Origin: an uncultured Oscillibacter sp.
Lineage (GTDB): Bacteria > Bacillota > Clostridia > Oscillospirales > Oscillospiraceae
DNA length: 64,000 bases
Assembly (NCBI GenBank): GCA_964455915.1
Contig: CAYWAS010000001.1
Coordinates: 43,882-107,881, forward strand
Direction of reading: 5' to 3'
Position numbers and translations under genes: made by a program. The notes under the pieces are model-generated. The model made no database searches. It worked only from the letters and a program-made list of their open reading frames with translations, and had not been told where the DNA came from. Below are positions 9,257 to 18,973 of this stretch, piece after piece. Each line of letters begins with the position of its first letter. Position 1 is the stretch's first letter.

Positions 9257-10088
9257 CGAAGCACAGGGCCGCGCAACCTTTGCGCCTATGACGATCTCAC
9301 ACACGGATTTCCAGCGTCTGGTCGGATTCATGCAGAATAACTACGGGATCGACCTTTCCAAAAAGCAGCAGCTCATCACCGGCCGCCTCTCCCCTGTTCT
9401 GCGTCAGCGCGGATATACGAATTTTTCCGCCTTCATCGACCATCTCCTTCGCTATAAGAATGATGACGATGTCACGCTGGTCCTCAACAAGCTGACGACG
9501 AACTATACCTTCTTCATGCGCGAGAAGGATCATCTGGACTATTTCCATAATACGATCATTCCCGCGATCGTTCAGAAGCACCAGAAGGATAAGACGCTCG
9601 CGATCTGGAGCGCCGGCTGCTCCAGCGGCGAGGAGCCGTACAATCTTTCCATGTATCTCTTCGACTATCTGGGTGCCAAGGCAAGCGAGTGGGACACGAG
9701 GATCTTAGCCACGGATATTTCCGCGCAGGCGCTCGCCACCGCGCAGAAGGGCATTTACGACCTCTCGGGCTCCGCCATGCCCGCCGAGTGGAAAAAGCGC
9801 TATTTCACAGTAAATGCGGACGGCTCCTATACCGTGAAGCCGCAGATCCGCAACAATGTCATCTTCCAGACTTTCAATCTGATGGACCCCATCAAGTTCC
9901 GCCGCAAGTTTGATGTCATCTTCTGTCGAAATGTTATGATCTATTTCGATCAGCCGACAAAAGACGCGCTGGTCAAGCGCTTTTATGACGCGACGGTCCC
10001 CGGCGGCTATCTGCTGATCAGCTATTCCGAAAATCTCAGTCCCAACGCACCCTATCGGCGGATCGCACCGGCGACCTTCCAGAAATAA
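9249..10088 (+). CDS. cheR: Chemotaxis methyltransferase CheR
   Basis: LTTNYTFFMRE, WSAGCSSGEEPY, FDVIFCRNVMIYF. Confidence 0.97.
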   Translation: MSNEAQGRATFAPMTISHTDFQRLVGFMQNNYGIDLSKKQQLITGRLSPVLRQRGYTNFSAFIDHLLRYKNDDDVTLVLNKLTTNYTFFMREKDHLDYFHNTIIPAIVQKHQKDKTLAIWSAGCSSGEEPYNLSMYLFDYLGAKASEWDTRILATDISAQALATAQKGIYDLSGSAMPAEWKKRYFTVNADGSYTVKPQIRNNVIFQTFNLMDPIKFRRKFDVIFCRNVMIYFDQPTKDALVKRFYDATVPGGYLLISYSENLSPNAPYRRIAPATFQK

Positions 10089-10111
10089 TTACAAAGAGGC
10101 AGATTTCTATT

Positions 10112-11155
10112 ATGGCAGAGACACGCAAAATACGGGTACTTGTTGTTGATGATTCGATGGTTGCCCGTAAAATGATCATTGAAGGACTCTCCGTACACCC
10201 CCGCATCGAAGTGGCGGGGTACGCCATCAACACGCTGGACGCCAAGAATAAAATTGCCGCCCTCTCCCCCGATGTTATTACAATGGACGTGGAAATGCCG
10301 GGTCAAAGCGGTATTGAGTTCCTCAAGAGCTATATCCCGACACACCCCATTCCGGTCATACTCGTCTCGTCCCTGAACCTCAAGGTCTTTGACGCGCTGC
10401 AGGCGGGCGCGGTGGACTTTGTCCGCAAGCCCGATTCGCCCGAGAGCCGCGCCGCCTTCATCACGGCGCTGACACAGAAGGTGCTGACGGCCTCGACCGC
10501 CAAGGTCAGGACCGCGCCGACAGCGACCGCCGCCACGGGAAATCTGAAGGTCACCGAGCTCGGCGCCTCTACGGTTCTTGACCGCATGGTGATCGGTCTC
10601 GGTGCCTCCACCGGCGGCACAGAGGCAACGCTGGAGGTCATGAAACGCCTTCCGGCGGATATCCCCGCCATGGTGATCGTGCAGCACATGCCCCGCGGCT
10701 TCACCGCCATGTACGCCGAGCGTCTGAACCGGCTTTGCCGCATGGAGGTCCGCGAGGCGAAAAACGGAGATGAGCTCCATCGCGGTCTCGCGCTGGTGGC
10801 TCCCGCCGACTTACAGGCCAGAGTGGTTCGGATCGGCAACAAGTATACGATCTCCTGCGCTCCCGGCGAGAAGGTCTCCGGTCACCGTCCCTCGGTAGAC
10901 GCGCTGTTCCAGTCGATGTCCGAGGTGGTGCGGGATAAGATGGTCGGCATCATTCTCACGGGAATGGGGCAGGACGGCGCTGCCGGTCTGCTTGCCATGC
11001 GCAACAAGGGCGCGTACACCATCGGACAGGATAAGGAGTCCAGCGTGGTCTACGGTATGCCGATGGTCGCCAAGGAGATCGGCGCTGTCTGCGTCCAGGC
11101 CTCCTGCGACAATGTCGCCAATGTACTTCTTCGTCATTTGAAGTCGCTCGGATAA
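10112..11155 (+). CDS. cheB: Chemotaxis methylesterase CheB
   Basis: REC domain (VVDDS, TMDVEMP) plus catalytic GASTGG, QHM and GMGQDG motifs. Confidence 0.97.
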   Translation: MAETRKIRVLVVDDSMVARKMIIEGLSVHPRIEVAGYAINTLDAKNKIAALSPDVITMDVEMPGQSGIEFLKSYIPTHPIPVILVSSLNLKVFDALQAGAVDFVRKPDSPESRAAFITALTQKVLTASTAKVRTAPTATAATGNLKVTELGASTVLDRMVIGLGASTGGTEATLEVMKRLPADIPAMVIVQHMPRGFTAMYAERLNRLCRMEVREAKNGDELHRGLALVAPADLQARVVRIGNKYTISCAPGEKVSGHRPSVDALFQSMSEVVRDKMVGIILTGMGQDGAAGLLAMRNKGAYTIGQDKESSVVYGMPMVAKEIGAVCVQASCDNVANVLLRHLKSLG

Positions 11156-11229
11156 ACCCCGACGCTCTTTCGGTCTCTGCCCTTCGGTCGATGCCGAATG
11201 AGATAAATCTGAAACAGGAAGTGACCTTT

Positions 11230-11505
11230 ATGAACAAGCAGGAGCTGATCCGCAGGATCGCAGACGATTCCGAGGTCTCCCGCCGTGATGCCGCCGTCAT
11301 GCTCGACAGCACGCTGGAGGCGATCATGAGCACCGTCGCCGATGGGGACTCCGTTCAGCTTCTCGGCTTCGGCACCTTTGAAGCGAGAACGCGCAAGGCG
11401 CGCACGGCGCGCAATCCGCAGACAGGCGAAGAGGTCCAGGTCCCCGAGACAACGGTTCCCGTCTTCCGTCCCGGCGTTATCTTCAAGGAAAGAGTCGATT
11501 CGTAA
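11230..11505 (+). CDS. hup: HU family DNA-binding protein
   Basis: MNKQELI...VQLLGFGTFE...ARNPQTGEEVQVP...PVFRPG; 91 aa from ATG 11230. Confidence 0.93.
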   Translation: MNKQELIRRIADDSEVSRRDAAVMLDSTLEAIMSTVADGDSVQLLGFGTFEARTRKARTARNPQTGEEVQVPETTVPVFRPGVIFKERVDS

Positions 11506-11564
11506 GCGACGCGGCTCGTATGGCTTTGTCGGCCCACTAAATTATGCAAAGGATGTGAACTCTT

Positions 11565-11864
11565 GTGCTGACATCTTCCAACTCTATTTCTTCTATCACG
11601 GCACCAAAGGTGCTCCCGGCTCATACCGTTCGAAGCGCCGCGACGAATCAAATCGCGCAGCGGTATGACAGCGTGAGCATTTCCGGCTGCAGCGGCAGTA
11701 AGGACCCCTCTTTCATGGGAATGGTGAGTCGTATCGCACAGGAAGTGCGTACATCGACCACAACTGCCGACATTCGTCAGCTTCGTCAGGCGGTCCAGTC
11801 CGGCAGCTATGCGCCGGATCCCTGTGAGATCGCGCGCAAGATGCTGTTCTTAGGGGAGGCATAA
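11565..11864 (+). CDS. flgM: Anti-sigma28 factor FlgM
   Basis: DSVSIS and IRQLRQAVQSGSYAPDPCEIARKML motifs; upstream of flgN-flgK-flgL. Confidence 0.85.
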   Translation: MLTSSNSISSITAPKVLPAHTVRSAATNQIAQRYDSVSISGCSGSKDPSFMGMVSRIAQEVRTSTTTADIRQLRQAVQSGSYAPDPCEIARKMLFLGEA

Positions 11865-11867
11865 GGC

Positions 11868-12341
11868 ATGTCCGATCGATATTCCGCGTATCTGGAGCTG
11901 CTCGATCGCATCACAGCGGAGCTGCGCTCCCTCTCCGAGCTGGGCGGCGAAAAGGCCGCCGCCGTACACAGCAACGATCTTATGGCGCTCGATAAGGTGA
12001 TGCGGCAGGAGCAGGCGCTTTCCCTCTCCTTCCGCGGTCTGGAGCAGAAAAAGGACACCTTGCTCCATGAGCTGGGGCTGGAGACCGTCCCCCTCTCCGC
12101 GCTCCCCGACCATTTTCCGCCGGATCTGCGTATGCAGGCCGGAAAATGCGTTGAGGCGTTGCAGGAGCAGTATAAGGTCTACAAAGCCACGGCGGAGGTC
12201 GCGCGCAACACGCTTGAGTGCAACCTTCACGAGATCGAAAAGCTGCTTGATGCACAGGACGCGCTTTCCGCTGCCGGTCCCGGCTATGCGCCGCCCGCCG
12301 CGGAGGTCCCCCCCGCTATGAAATCCGACTTCATGGCCTAA
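11868..12341 (+). CDS. flgN: Flagellar export chaperone FlgN
   Basis: Helical protein between flgM and flgK; KAAAVHSNDLMALDKVMRQEQ pattern. Confidence 0.75.
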   Translation: MSDRYSAYLELLDRITAELRSLSELGGEKAAAVHSNDLMALDKVMRQEQALSLSFRGLEQKKDTLLHELGLETVPLSALPDHFPPDLRMQAGKCVEALQEQYKVYKATAEVARNTLECNLHEIEKLLDAQDALSAAGPGYAPPAAEVPPAMKSDFMA

Positions 12342-12361
12342 GCGATTTTAAGGAGTAAATT

Positions 12362-14416
12362 ATGGGAACGATTGGTACTTTCGGTTCGTTTACGCAGGCG
12401 CGTCTTGCGATCTATGCCTCGCAGATGGGTCTGAGCGTGACGGGAAACAACATCGCCAACATCAACACCACGGGCTATACCCGCCAGAAGCTCGATCAGG
12501 AAAGCTTCCGTACCGGCGGCGCGGACCGTTATCACTCTGTCTACAGCATTCGTGTAGGCAACGGCGTGCTGACCACCGGTGTGTCTCAGCTTCGCGATCC
12601 GTATCTGGATATCCGCTACCGCAGCGAGAATTCCAGCGTCGGCGCGATGGACGCCAAGCTCGGCGGTCTGGAAAGCATTCAGGCTGTCCTTGACGAAGTG
12701 GGTGACGGAGACGAGGCCTTCGGCATCATTGAGGCGCAGCTCAGCGACCTCTACAACGCCCTGCAGCAGCTCAACAATCAGACCGGTCAGTCCGAGTATG
12801 ACATTCAGGTCCGCTCCTCTGCCGAGGCTCTTGCCAAGCAGCTCAACTCCTATGCGTCCAAGCTGGAGGAGGTCTACAACAACGCGGTCACCGCTTACCG
12901 GCAGGATCTTGAAGAGGTCAATGGTATTCTCACCAGCATTCGCGATCTGAACGCCGCCATTCGCAAGAATGAGATCCACGGCGACAGCGCGCTGGAGATG
13001 AAGGACGAGCGCAATTTGCTGATCGACAAGCTCTCCGAGTACATGAAGATCGATGTCACCTACGAAAAGGAGAACATCGGCGCGGGCATTCAGGTCGATA
13101 AGCTCATCATCAAGCTGGGCAACGCCAATCCCGACAGCAAGATCACCACGGATTCCTCCACGCTGATCGATGGCATCTATGCCACGCAGTTTGAAGTACC
13201 GGAGTTCCTGCCGGTCAAAAATGACCAATATGATGAAACCTATACCATTGACCCCGCTGACCCTGATAACCTCAAAGGTTTCAAATATCTCAAAAAAGAC
13301 CCTGTGACCGGAGCCACCAGCGGCACCAATGATCCTTTTGAGGCAATGTGGGACAACACCGCTGTTAAGGATAACTCCAACAGCAATTTCACACTGACCC
13401 TCTCCAAGCTGACCTCAGCCAAGGGTCTTGTGAAGGAAGGCTCCGAGAAGACTCTGCTCCACGACAACGACCTGTACGGCGCGCTGCAGTCCGAGCGCGA
13501 GCTGCTGACCGAACGCGGTGAGTTCGCCTCTCAGGACACGCTCAAAGATGTGGACCCGCAGGCTGCCACCAAGCGCGGCATTCCCTACTATCAGTGTGCG
13601 CTCGATCTACTTGCCAATAAGCTCGCCAACTCTTTCAACAACGCCAATCAGGGCTATATCTACAACGAAAATGGCGAGTATCTGAATTTGACAGACAATG
13701 GCGATGGTACCTATACGGTGAATGGCATCATTGATGTCACTTACAATGACGGTGCCAACACAAAAACCGTCCCCCTCACTAAGGACATGACTTGGGATAC
13801 TCTCGACCCCGAGGTAAAGGCTGCCATGCAGGCTGATGCTCCCGCCGGTGTAACCTACACCTCTATCGAGGAATATGTGCAGAATAAAGGCGGCATCAAG
13901 CTGGGCACTCCCCTGTTCAGCAACGGTGACGGAGACAAGACGGAGCAGATCAGCGCGAAGAACATCTCTATCTCCGCCTCCTGGTCCAGCGGCCCGCAGA
14001 TCGTCCGCTCGTTCAAGCTGCCCACCGGTCAGGACCACATTCCTTCGACCGACGGCGACAACATCGTGTCCAACATCATCACTCTGTTCACGGACAAGAA
14101 GGACTATCTCCCCACTGAGCTTGATGACGATGCGCAGGATAAGGTGATGTTCACCGGCACCTTCCAGGAGATGTGGGTCAACATCGGCAGCGTTCTGGGC
14201 AACGATATGAAAACCACCAACACACTGCTGAACACCTATCAGTCCTATTCCGTCAATCTGGATACGAGCCGCATGGGTGTCTCGAGTGTGGATCTGAATG
14301 ATGAGGCGATGAACCTCATGCAGTATTCTCAGTCTTATAATGCTGCCTGCCGCCTGATGACCACCATCGATTCCGTGCTTGACAAGCTCATCAACGGCAC
14401 CGGTACAACGCTTTGA
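12362..14416 (+). CDS. flgK: Hook-associated protein FlgK
   Basis: GNNIANINTTGYTRQ N-terminus; SVDLNDEAMNLMQYSQSYNAACRL C-terminus. Confidence 0.96.
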   Translation: MGTIGTFGSFTQARLAIYASQMGLSVTGNNIANINTTGYTRQKLDQESFRTGGADRYHSVYSIRVGNGVLTTGVSQLRDPYLDIRYRSENSSVGAMDAKLGGLESIQAVLDEVGDGDEAFGIIEAQLSDLYNALQQLNNQTGQSEYDIQVRSSAEALAKQLNSYASKLEEVYNNAVTAYRQDLEEVNGILTSIRDLNAAIRKNEIHGDSALEMKDERNLLIDKLSEYMKIDVTYEKENIGAGIQVDKLIIKLGNANPDSKITTDSSTLIDGIYATQFEVPEFLPVKNDQYDETYTIDPADPDNLKGFKYLKKDPVTGATSGTNDPFEAMWDNTAVKDNSNSNFTLTLSKLTSAKGLVKEGSEKTLLHDNDLYGALQSERELLTERGEFASQDTLKDVDPQAATKRGIPYYQCALDLLANKLANSFNNANQGYIYNENGEYLNLTDNGDGTYTVNGIIDVTYNDGANTKTVPLTKDMTWDTLDPEVKAAMQADAPAGVTYTSIEEYVQNKGGIKLGTPLFSNGDGDKTEQISAKNISISASWSSGPQIVRSFKLPTGQDHIPSTDGDNIVSNIITLFTDKKDYLPTELDDDAQDKVMFTGTFQEMWVNIGSVLGNDMKTTNTLLNTYQSYSVNLDTSRMGVSSVDLNDEAMNLMQYSQSYNAACRLMTTIDSVLDKLINGTGTTL

Positions 14417-14434
14417 TAAGGAGGGAGTGCAACT

Positions 14435-15493
14435 ATGATCCGGTCTACCACCAACGGTACGCTCAATACCTATCGCTACAATTTACAGCGCTCTTTCTTT
14501 ACGCTGAATCAATCAATTAACACGGTGCAGACTCAGCGTAAATTCAATTCCTTTGCCGAGGATCCGGCAGCGGCCGCGCGTGCTTTCCAGCTTCGCCGCT
14601 CCTACCTTCGCACGGAGAGTCAAGTGACTGTGGGCGAGTCCGTCGTCAAGAAATATGACATGGCCTGGAGCACGCTGGACTCCGTCCTCAACAGCCTCAA
14701 CCAGACGCTGGAGGGCAGCGCATACGGTGCCATCGTCAAGGCGGAAAGCGACACCAGCGGCGCGGGCCGCAACGCGCTGGGGCAGTCCCTGGGGCAGATG
14801 GCGGAAAACATCGTTCAGGCGATGAACGGACGCTACGGCGATAACTATGTTTTCTCCGGTGCGGACGGTCTGAATATCCCCTTCACCTGGGAAACACAGG
14901 CCGACGGCACCAAGGCGCTCTGCTATCGCGGCATTTCGGTTGACAGCACCGATCCCGATGATGTCGCCGCGCTCGATTATATGGCAAATTCCGAGACCAA
15001 GTATGAGGATCTCGGGCTTGGTCTGGAGGTGGACGCGCAGGGCAGCGTCATGGACTCCAGCGCGATCAATACCGCCTTGCAGGGCATCAGCTTCCTCGGC
15101 TATGGCGTAGATGCGGACGGCGACCCGAAGAACATTGCCTCCATCATGAGCCGTATGTCGCAGATCCTTGAAAACTGTGATGCGGATTCCGGTGCGTTTG
15201 CCGCCGGAGAGGAAGATGAATTCTATCGTCTGGCGGGGAAATTTGAGACGGCAGCGTCCACGCTGTCCGATAAGCATGTGGAGCTTGATGCCACAACAGG
15301 ATTCATCAAGAGCAACCAGACGCAGTTGGAGAGTCTTTCCTACACGCTCAATGAGCAGATCGTCTCGCTGGAAAATGTTGATATGGCCGATGCGATCACC
15401 TCCCTCTCCTGGGCGCAGTATTGCTACAACGCCGCACTGCAGTCCGGCAACAGCATTCTCTCGCAAAGCCTTATGGATTATCTGCATAGCTGA
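14435..15493 (+). CDS. flgL: Hook-associated protein FlgL
   Basis: Flagellin-like termini (EDPAAAARAFQL; LENVDMADAI...YNAALQ); follows flgK. Confidence 0.93.
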   Translation: MIRSTTNGTLNTYRYNLQRSFFTLNQSINTVQTQRKFNSFAEDPAAAARAFQLRRSYLRTESQVTVGESVVKKYDMAWSTLDSVLNSLNQTLEGSAYGAIVKAESDTSGAGRNALGQSLGQMAENIVQAMNGRYGDNYVFSGADGLNIPFTWETQADGTKALCYRGISVDSTDPDDVAALDYMANSETKYEDLGLGLEVDAQGSVMDSSAINTALQGISFLGYGVDADGDPKNIASIMSRMSQILENCDADSGAFAAGEEDEFYRLAGKFETAASTLSDKHVELDATTGFIKSNQTQLESLSYTLNEQIVSLENVDMADAITSLSWAQYCYNAALQSGNSILSQSLMDYLHS

Positions 15494-15525
15494 TCGATCA
15501 ATGACGAAAGGAGAATCTTTTTGCT

Positions 15526-16134
15526 ATGGCTTCTTTAATTGAGATCACGAGCGTTCCCATTGAGATCGAAATGAAGGTCTCGCACGCGAAGCTGGAATAC
15601 ACGCGCGCGACCGCTGACCTGGAGATCTCGCGTCAAAACGGCGGTCTGAGCATCAAAAGCAGACCCATTCACCTGAACATCGATACCTTCGAATCGCGCA
15701 ATTCCGTACACCCGTCTGTCAGCAGCACCGTCTTACAGAGCGCAGAGAGCGGAAAGCAGGCCGCCTATGCCGCTACTGCCGCCTACGCCCAGCAGGGACA
15801 ACTCCTTTTGCAGGCAAAGGTCGATCCGCAGGTCGCGGCACAGTTTTCCTACAACCCCGACCCCAATCGGGTGCCGACAAATATCGGGATCGATTTTATC
15901 CCCTCTGTCGGTCCTGACATCGAATGGGACCCCGCTGTGATGAACATTCGCTTTGAAATGGATAAACTCAATTTCGACTGGCGCATGAATCAGGGGCAGT
16001 TCGAATTTATCCCCGGCGACATCGAGATCTCCGTCAAGCAGCGGCCGGAGGTCATCATCAAGTACATCGGCGGCCCGCTCTATGTTCCGCCGTCCTCCGA
16101 TCCGGACTATGAGCCGATCGATGTGAAGGCGTAA
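15526..16134 (+). CDS. DUF6470/YviE-like flagellar-locus protein
   Basis: 202-aa ORF between flgL and fliW with the YIGGPLYVPPS C-terminal motif recalled for this family. Confidence 0.65.
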   Translation: MASLIEITSVPIEIEMKVSHAKLEYTRATADLEISRQNGGLSIKSRPIHLNIDTFESRNSVHPSVSSTVLQSAESGKQAAYAATAAYAQQGQLLLQAKVDPQVAAQFSYNPDPNRVPTNIGIDFIPSVGPDIEWDPAVMNIRFEMDKLNFDWRMNQGQFEFIPGDIEISVKQRPEVIIKYIGGPLYVPPSSDPDYEPIDVKA

Positions 16135-16148
16135 CGGGAGGTTCTGTC

Positions 16149-16604
16149 TTGATCTACAAAACTCAGTATTTCGGCGAGATCGACTGTGACGAGTCCGAGC
16201 TCTTCCGCTTCCCTGCCGGACTGCCCGGATTTGAGAGCGAAACCGCCTTCCTCCTGATCCCCTTTGCCGAGAGTGGTGGAACCATGTTCAGCCTGCAAAG
16301 TGCTGTCACCTCCTCCCTTTCGTTCCTCGTGATGGATCCCTTCGATCTGCTGCCGGACTATGCGCCGGAGCTGACTGCCGCCGACCTGCAAAGCCTCGGC
16401 ACGAAGGAGCAGGGCGAGCTCTCCTTCTGCGTGCTCTGCGCCTGCAAGGATCCGATCGCGGAAAGCACAGTGAATCTGAGATGTCCGATCGCGCTTCACC
16501 TCGACGCGAAGCTCGGAAAGCAGATCATCATGGATACGGAGCGCTACGGTATGCATCATCGACTCGCTGAGTTCAGCCATCGGGAGGAGCACGATCCATG
16601 CTGA
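16149..16604 (+). CDS. fliW: Flagellar assembly factor / CsrA antagonist FliW
   Basis: FPAGLPGFE, LQS...LSFLVMDPF, TVNLRCPI motifs; overlaps csrA. Confidence 0.95.
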   Translation: MIYKTQYFGEIDCDESELFRFPAGLPGFESETAFLLIPFAESGGTMFSLQSAVTSSLSFLVMDPFDLLPDYAPELTAADLQSLGTKEQGELSFCVLCACKDPIAESTVNLRCPIALHLDAKLGKQIIMDTERYGMHHRLAEFSHREEHDPC

Positions 16605-16870
16605 TCCTACAACGCAAGGCCGGTCAGGCCGTTCATATCGGCGATGATGTCGTCGTCTCCGTCGTTTCGATCGACAGCAGCCGTGTGCGCCTGTCGATCG
16701 AAGCACCGAACCATATTTCCATTCTGCGCAGCGAGCTGGTCGAGGCAAAGCAAACCAACCGCGAATCCATTGCCGAGCCTGCCGCAGCATCGGCGCTGCT
16801 GTCGCTTCTGGAGCCAAAACAGGAGCCTTCCCCCGCCGACTCGTCCGATAAACCACCCCCCAAGCAATGA
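16598..16870 (+). CDS. csrA: Carbon storage regulator CsrA
   Basis: MLILQRKAGQAVHIGDDV...VRLSIEAP...ILRSEL. Confidence 0.95.
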   Translation: MLILQRKAGQAVHIGDDVVVSVVSIDSSRVRLSIEAPNHISILRSELVEAKQTNRESIAEPAAASALLSLLEPKQEPSPADSSDKPPPKQ

Positions 16871-16886
16871 AAAGGAGGTCCTTCCT

Positions 16887-17072
16887 ATGGATATGATGAA
16901 TTCCATCGCGGCTACCGCCATGGACATGAGCGCCGCCCGCTTCGCCGTGGACTACTCCATGTCCGTCACCAAGAAAGTAATGGATACCCAGGAGCTGGCC
17001 GGTCAGGAGCTGCTGAATATGCTCTCCGCTGCCGCTCCCGCCAAGGGGCAGTATATCGACACTTACGCCTGA
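16887..17072 (+). CDS. YjfB-family putative motility protein
   Basis: 61 aa from ATG 16887 behind AAGGAGG; SIAATAMDMS...VTKKVMDTQ...KGQYIDTYA pattern. Confidence 0.7.
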   Translation: MDMMNSIAATAMDMSAARFAVDYSMSVTKKVMDTQELAGQELLNMLSAAAPAKGQYIDTYA

Positions 17073-17107
17073 TCCCCTAAAAATTGATTGAAAAAGGAGC
17101 AGAACTC

Positions 17108-17389
17108 ATGGCCGGAATTTGCCCCCACTGCGGCGCTTCGAATCCCGATGATCTTCCCTTCTGCAATAGCTGCGGAGAGCCGATCCAAGCGGATCTGCGG
17201 CTCATCATGGATATGAAGAACGCCGCCAACCGTCAGCCGCAAAAGACCACCGCCGCCCGTCGCGGGGACGATGACGATTTTCAGATAGACAACGGCGAGG
17301 AAGCCGATGAGAAAAGCTTCCCCGTCCTTCCGGTTGTCTTGACGCTGGCGGCTGCTGCGGCATTGCTGTGGTTCATCTTTTTCCGCTAA
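17108..17389 (+). CDS. Zinc-ribbon protein with C-terminal membrane anchor
   Basis: CPHCG-x-CNSCG double CxxC, acidic linker, hydrophobic tail (VLPVVLTLAAAAALLWFIFFR). Confidence 0.8.
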   Translation: MAGICPHCGASNPDDLPFCNSCGEPIQADLRLIMDMKNAANRQPQKTTAARRGDDDDFQIDNGEEADEKSFPVLPVVLTLAAAAALLWFIFFR

Positions 17390-17405
17390 CGCTATGTCCA
17401 AAATC

Positions 17406-17428
17406 AGCCGGACCCGTCGGGTCCGGCT
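17406..17428. terminator. GC-rich hairpin, probable end of the che-flgM-csrA transcript
   Basis: AGCCGGACCC-GTC-GGGTCCGGCT; weak U-tract. Confidence 0.55.
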
Positions 17429-17529
17429 TCCATCGTTTGCATCTTTCCTGTTATCCTGTTTGCGCAGCACCTTTTCACGGTGAGCACAAAAATAAAAGAG
17501 ATTAGATTCGATTCGGGAGGAGTGATACC

Positions 17530-18867
17530 ATGGTCAATCAGGTATCTTTAACAAAGCTCTGCGGTAAGATCATCGGCGGCGTCATTTTCGCCTTCGCGCT
17601 GCTGTATATCCCCGGCCGCAAGTTCGGCTTCATGGCGCTTCTGATGGCGCTGGGCATCGCGCTGATCCTGCTGAGCCAGGTGGTGGTGCGGGCACACAAT
17701 GTCAAGATGGTGGCGCGCTGTCTGTTCGCCGGAGCCAGCGTCACCATTTTGGTGACGCAGTGCGTCTCCGGACACTATGAGCCGGCGGTGCCGCTTTACA
17801 TCTGCCTCGGCACCCTGTCGGCGCTGTACTTTGACCCCGGGCTGGTGAAATTCAGCTTCTTCTCCGGAGCGTTCTTCTTCGTGATCGAATGCGGCTATCT
17901 GTGCTGGCAGGCCGGAGGGCTCATCGCGGACAGCATGGTCCTTATCGAGCTGGTGGCCGCCGTATTTCTGGCCTATTTCATGGTCGTCTCGACCGTGCGG
18001 ACCGGCTGCCGCTATTTCGACGAGTCCAGCGCCAAGCAGAGCCAGACCGAGGCGCTGCTGACCGAGCTGGACGGCAAAAATCTTCAGACGGCGGCGGTGC
18101 TGGACAAGCAGCAGCAGCTTCTGTCCGACATCGAACAGGTCGCCGACCGCGTGTCTGCCGAGGCGCAGAGCCTGTCCAACCAGTCCGGCTCTCTGGCCTC
18201 CGGTGCCACGGAGCAGGCCGGTTCCATGGAGCAGTTGACCACCTCTGTCAACGAGATCTGTCGCCAGATCCGCGACACTGCCGACTACGCGCAGCAGGTT
18301 CGCGCCGATTCGGACACCATGTATCTCAATGTGAACACCGGCGCGGAGCACATGGACAATCTTCTGGAAGCGATCCACGAGATCGAGACGCGAATGCAGG
18401 CCATCGAGACCATCATCAAGTCCATTGACGACATCGCCTTCCAGACCAATATCCTCGCGCTGAACGCCGCCGTGGAGTCCGCCCGCGCTGGCGCGGCGGG
18501 CAAGGGCTTCGCTGTGGTGGCGGACGAGGTTCGCCGTCTGGCGGGCAACAGCGCGCAGGCTGCCAACGACACCATTCAGGTCCTCAACGACTGCCGCGAC
18601 GCGGTGAAGCGCGGCGTGACTACCGCCGACGAGACCTCCGAGGCGTTGGGGCGCATCAAGGAAAGCGTCACCGCCGTGCGGGAGCAGGCGTTCCGCATCT
18701 CCGATATGTCTGCCGCGCAGTTGGCTCAATTCAACGATGTCAATCAGGAGCTGAGCCGCGTGTCCGATGTGGTGCAATCCACGGCCGCCGCCGCGCAGGA
18801 GAGCTCCGCCACGGTGCACGAGCTGACGGAGCAGGTCACCTACCTGCGCAGTCTCAGCGAAAACTAA
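17530..18867 (+). CDS. Methyl-accepting chemotaxis protein with a multi-TM N-terminal sensor region
   Basis: Several hydrophobic segments in the first ~160 aa; signalling tip [34 protein letters not shown]. Confidence 0.93.
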   Translation: MVNQVSLTKLCGKIIGGVIFAFALLYIPGRKFGFMALLMALGIALILLSQVVVRAHNVKMVARCLFAGASVTILVTQCVSGHYEPAVPLYICLGTLSALYFDPGLVKFSFFSGAFFFVIECGYLCWQAGGLIADSMVLIELVAAVFLAYFMVVSTVRTGCRYFDESSAKQSQTEALLTELDGKNLQTAAVLDKQQQLLSDIEQVADRVSAEAQSLSNQSGSLASGATEQAGSMEQLTTSVNEICRQIRDTADYAQQVRADSDTMYLNVNTGAEHMDNLLEAIHEIETRMQAIETIIKSIDDIAFQTNILALNAAVESARAGAAGKGFAVVADEVRRLAGNSAQAANDTIQVLNDCRDAVKRGVTTADETSEALGRIKESVTAVREQAFRISDMSAAQLAQFNDVNQELSRVSDVVQSTAAAAQESSATVHELTEQVTYLRSLSEN

Positions 18868-18870
18868 AGC

Positions 18871-18900
18871 AAAGCCCTCTCCTTTCGGAGAGGGCTTTTT
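18871..18900 (+). terminator. Rho-independent terminator of the MCP gene
   Basis: AAAGCCCTCTCC-TTTC-GGAGAGGGCTTT followed by Ts. Confidence 0.85.
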
Positions 18901-18915
18901 CCGCGCTTATGCGTG

Positions 18916-18946
18916 AAAAAAGAACGGGCTTTCGCCCGTTCTTTTT
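18916..18946 (-). terminator. Rho-independent terminator of flagellin
   Basis: On the minus strand: AAAAAGAACGGGC-GAAA-GCCCGTTCTTTTTT. Confidence 0.88.
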
Positions 18947-18973
18947 CCTTTTCCGATAGAGAGGTCTGCGTCC

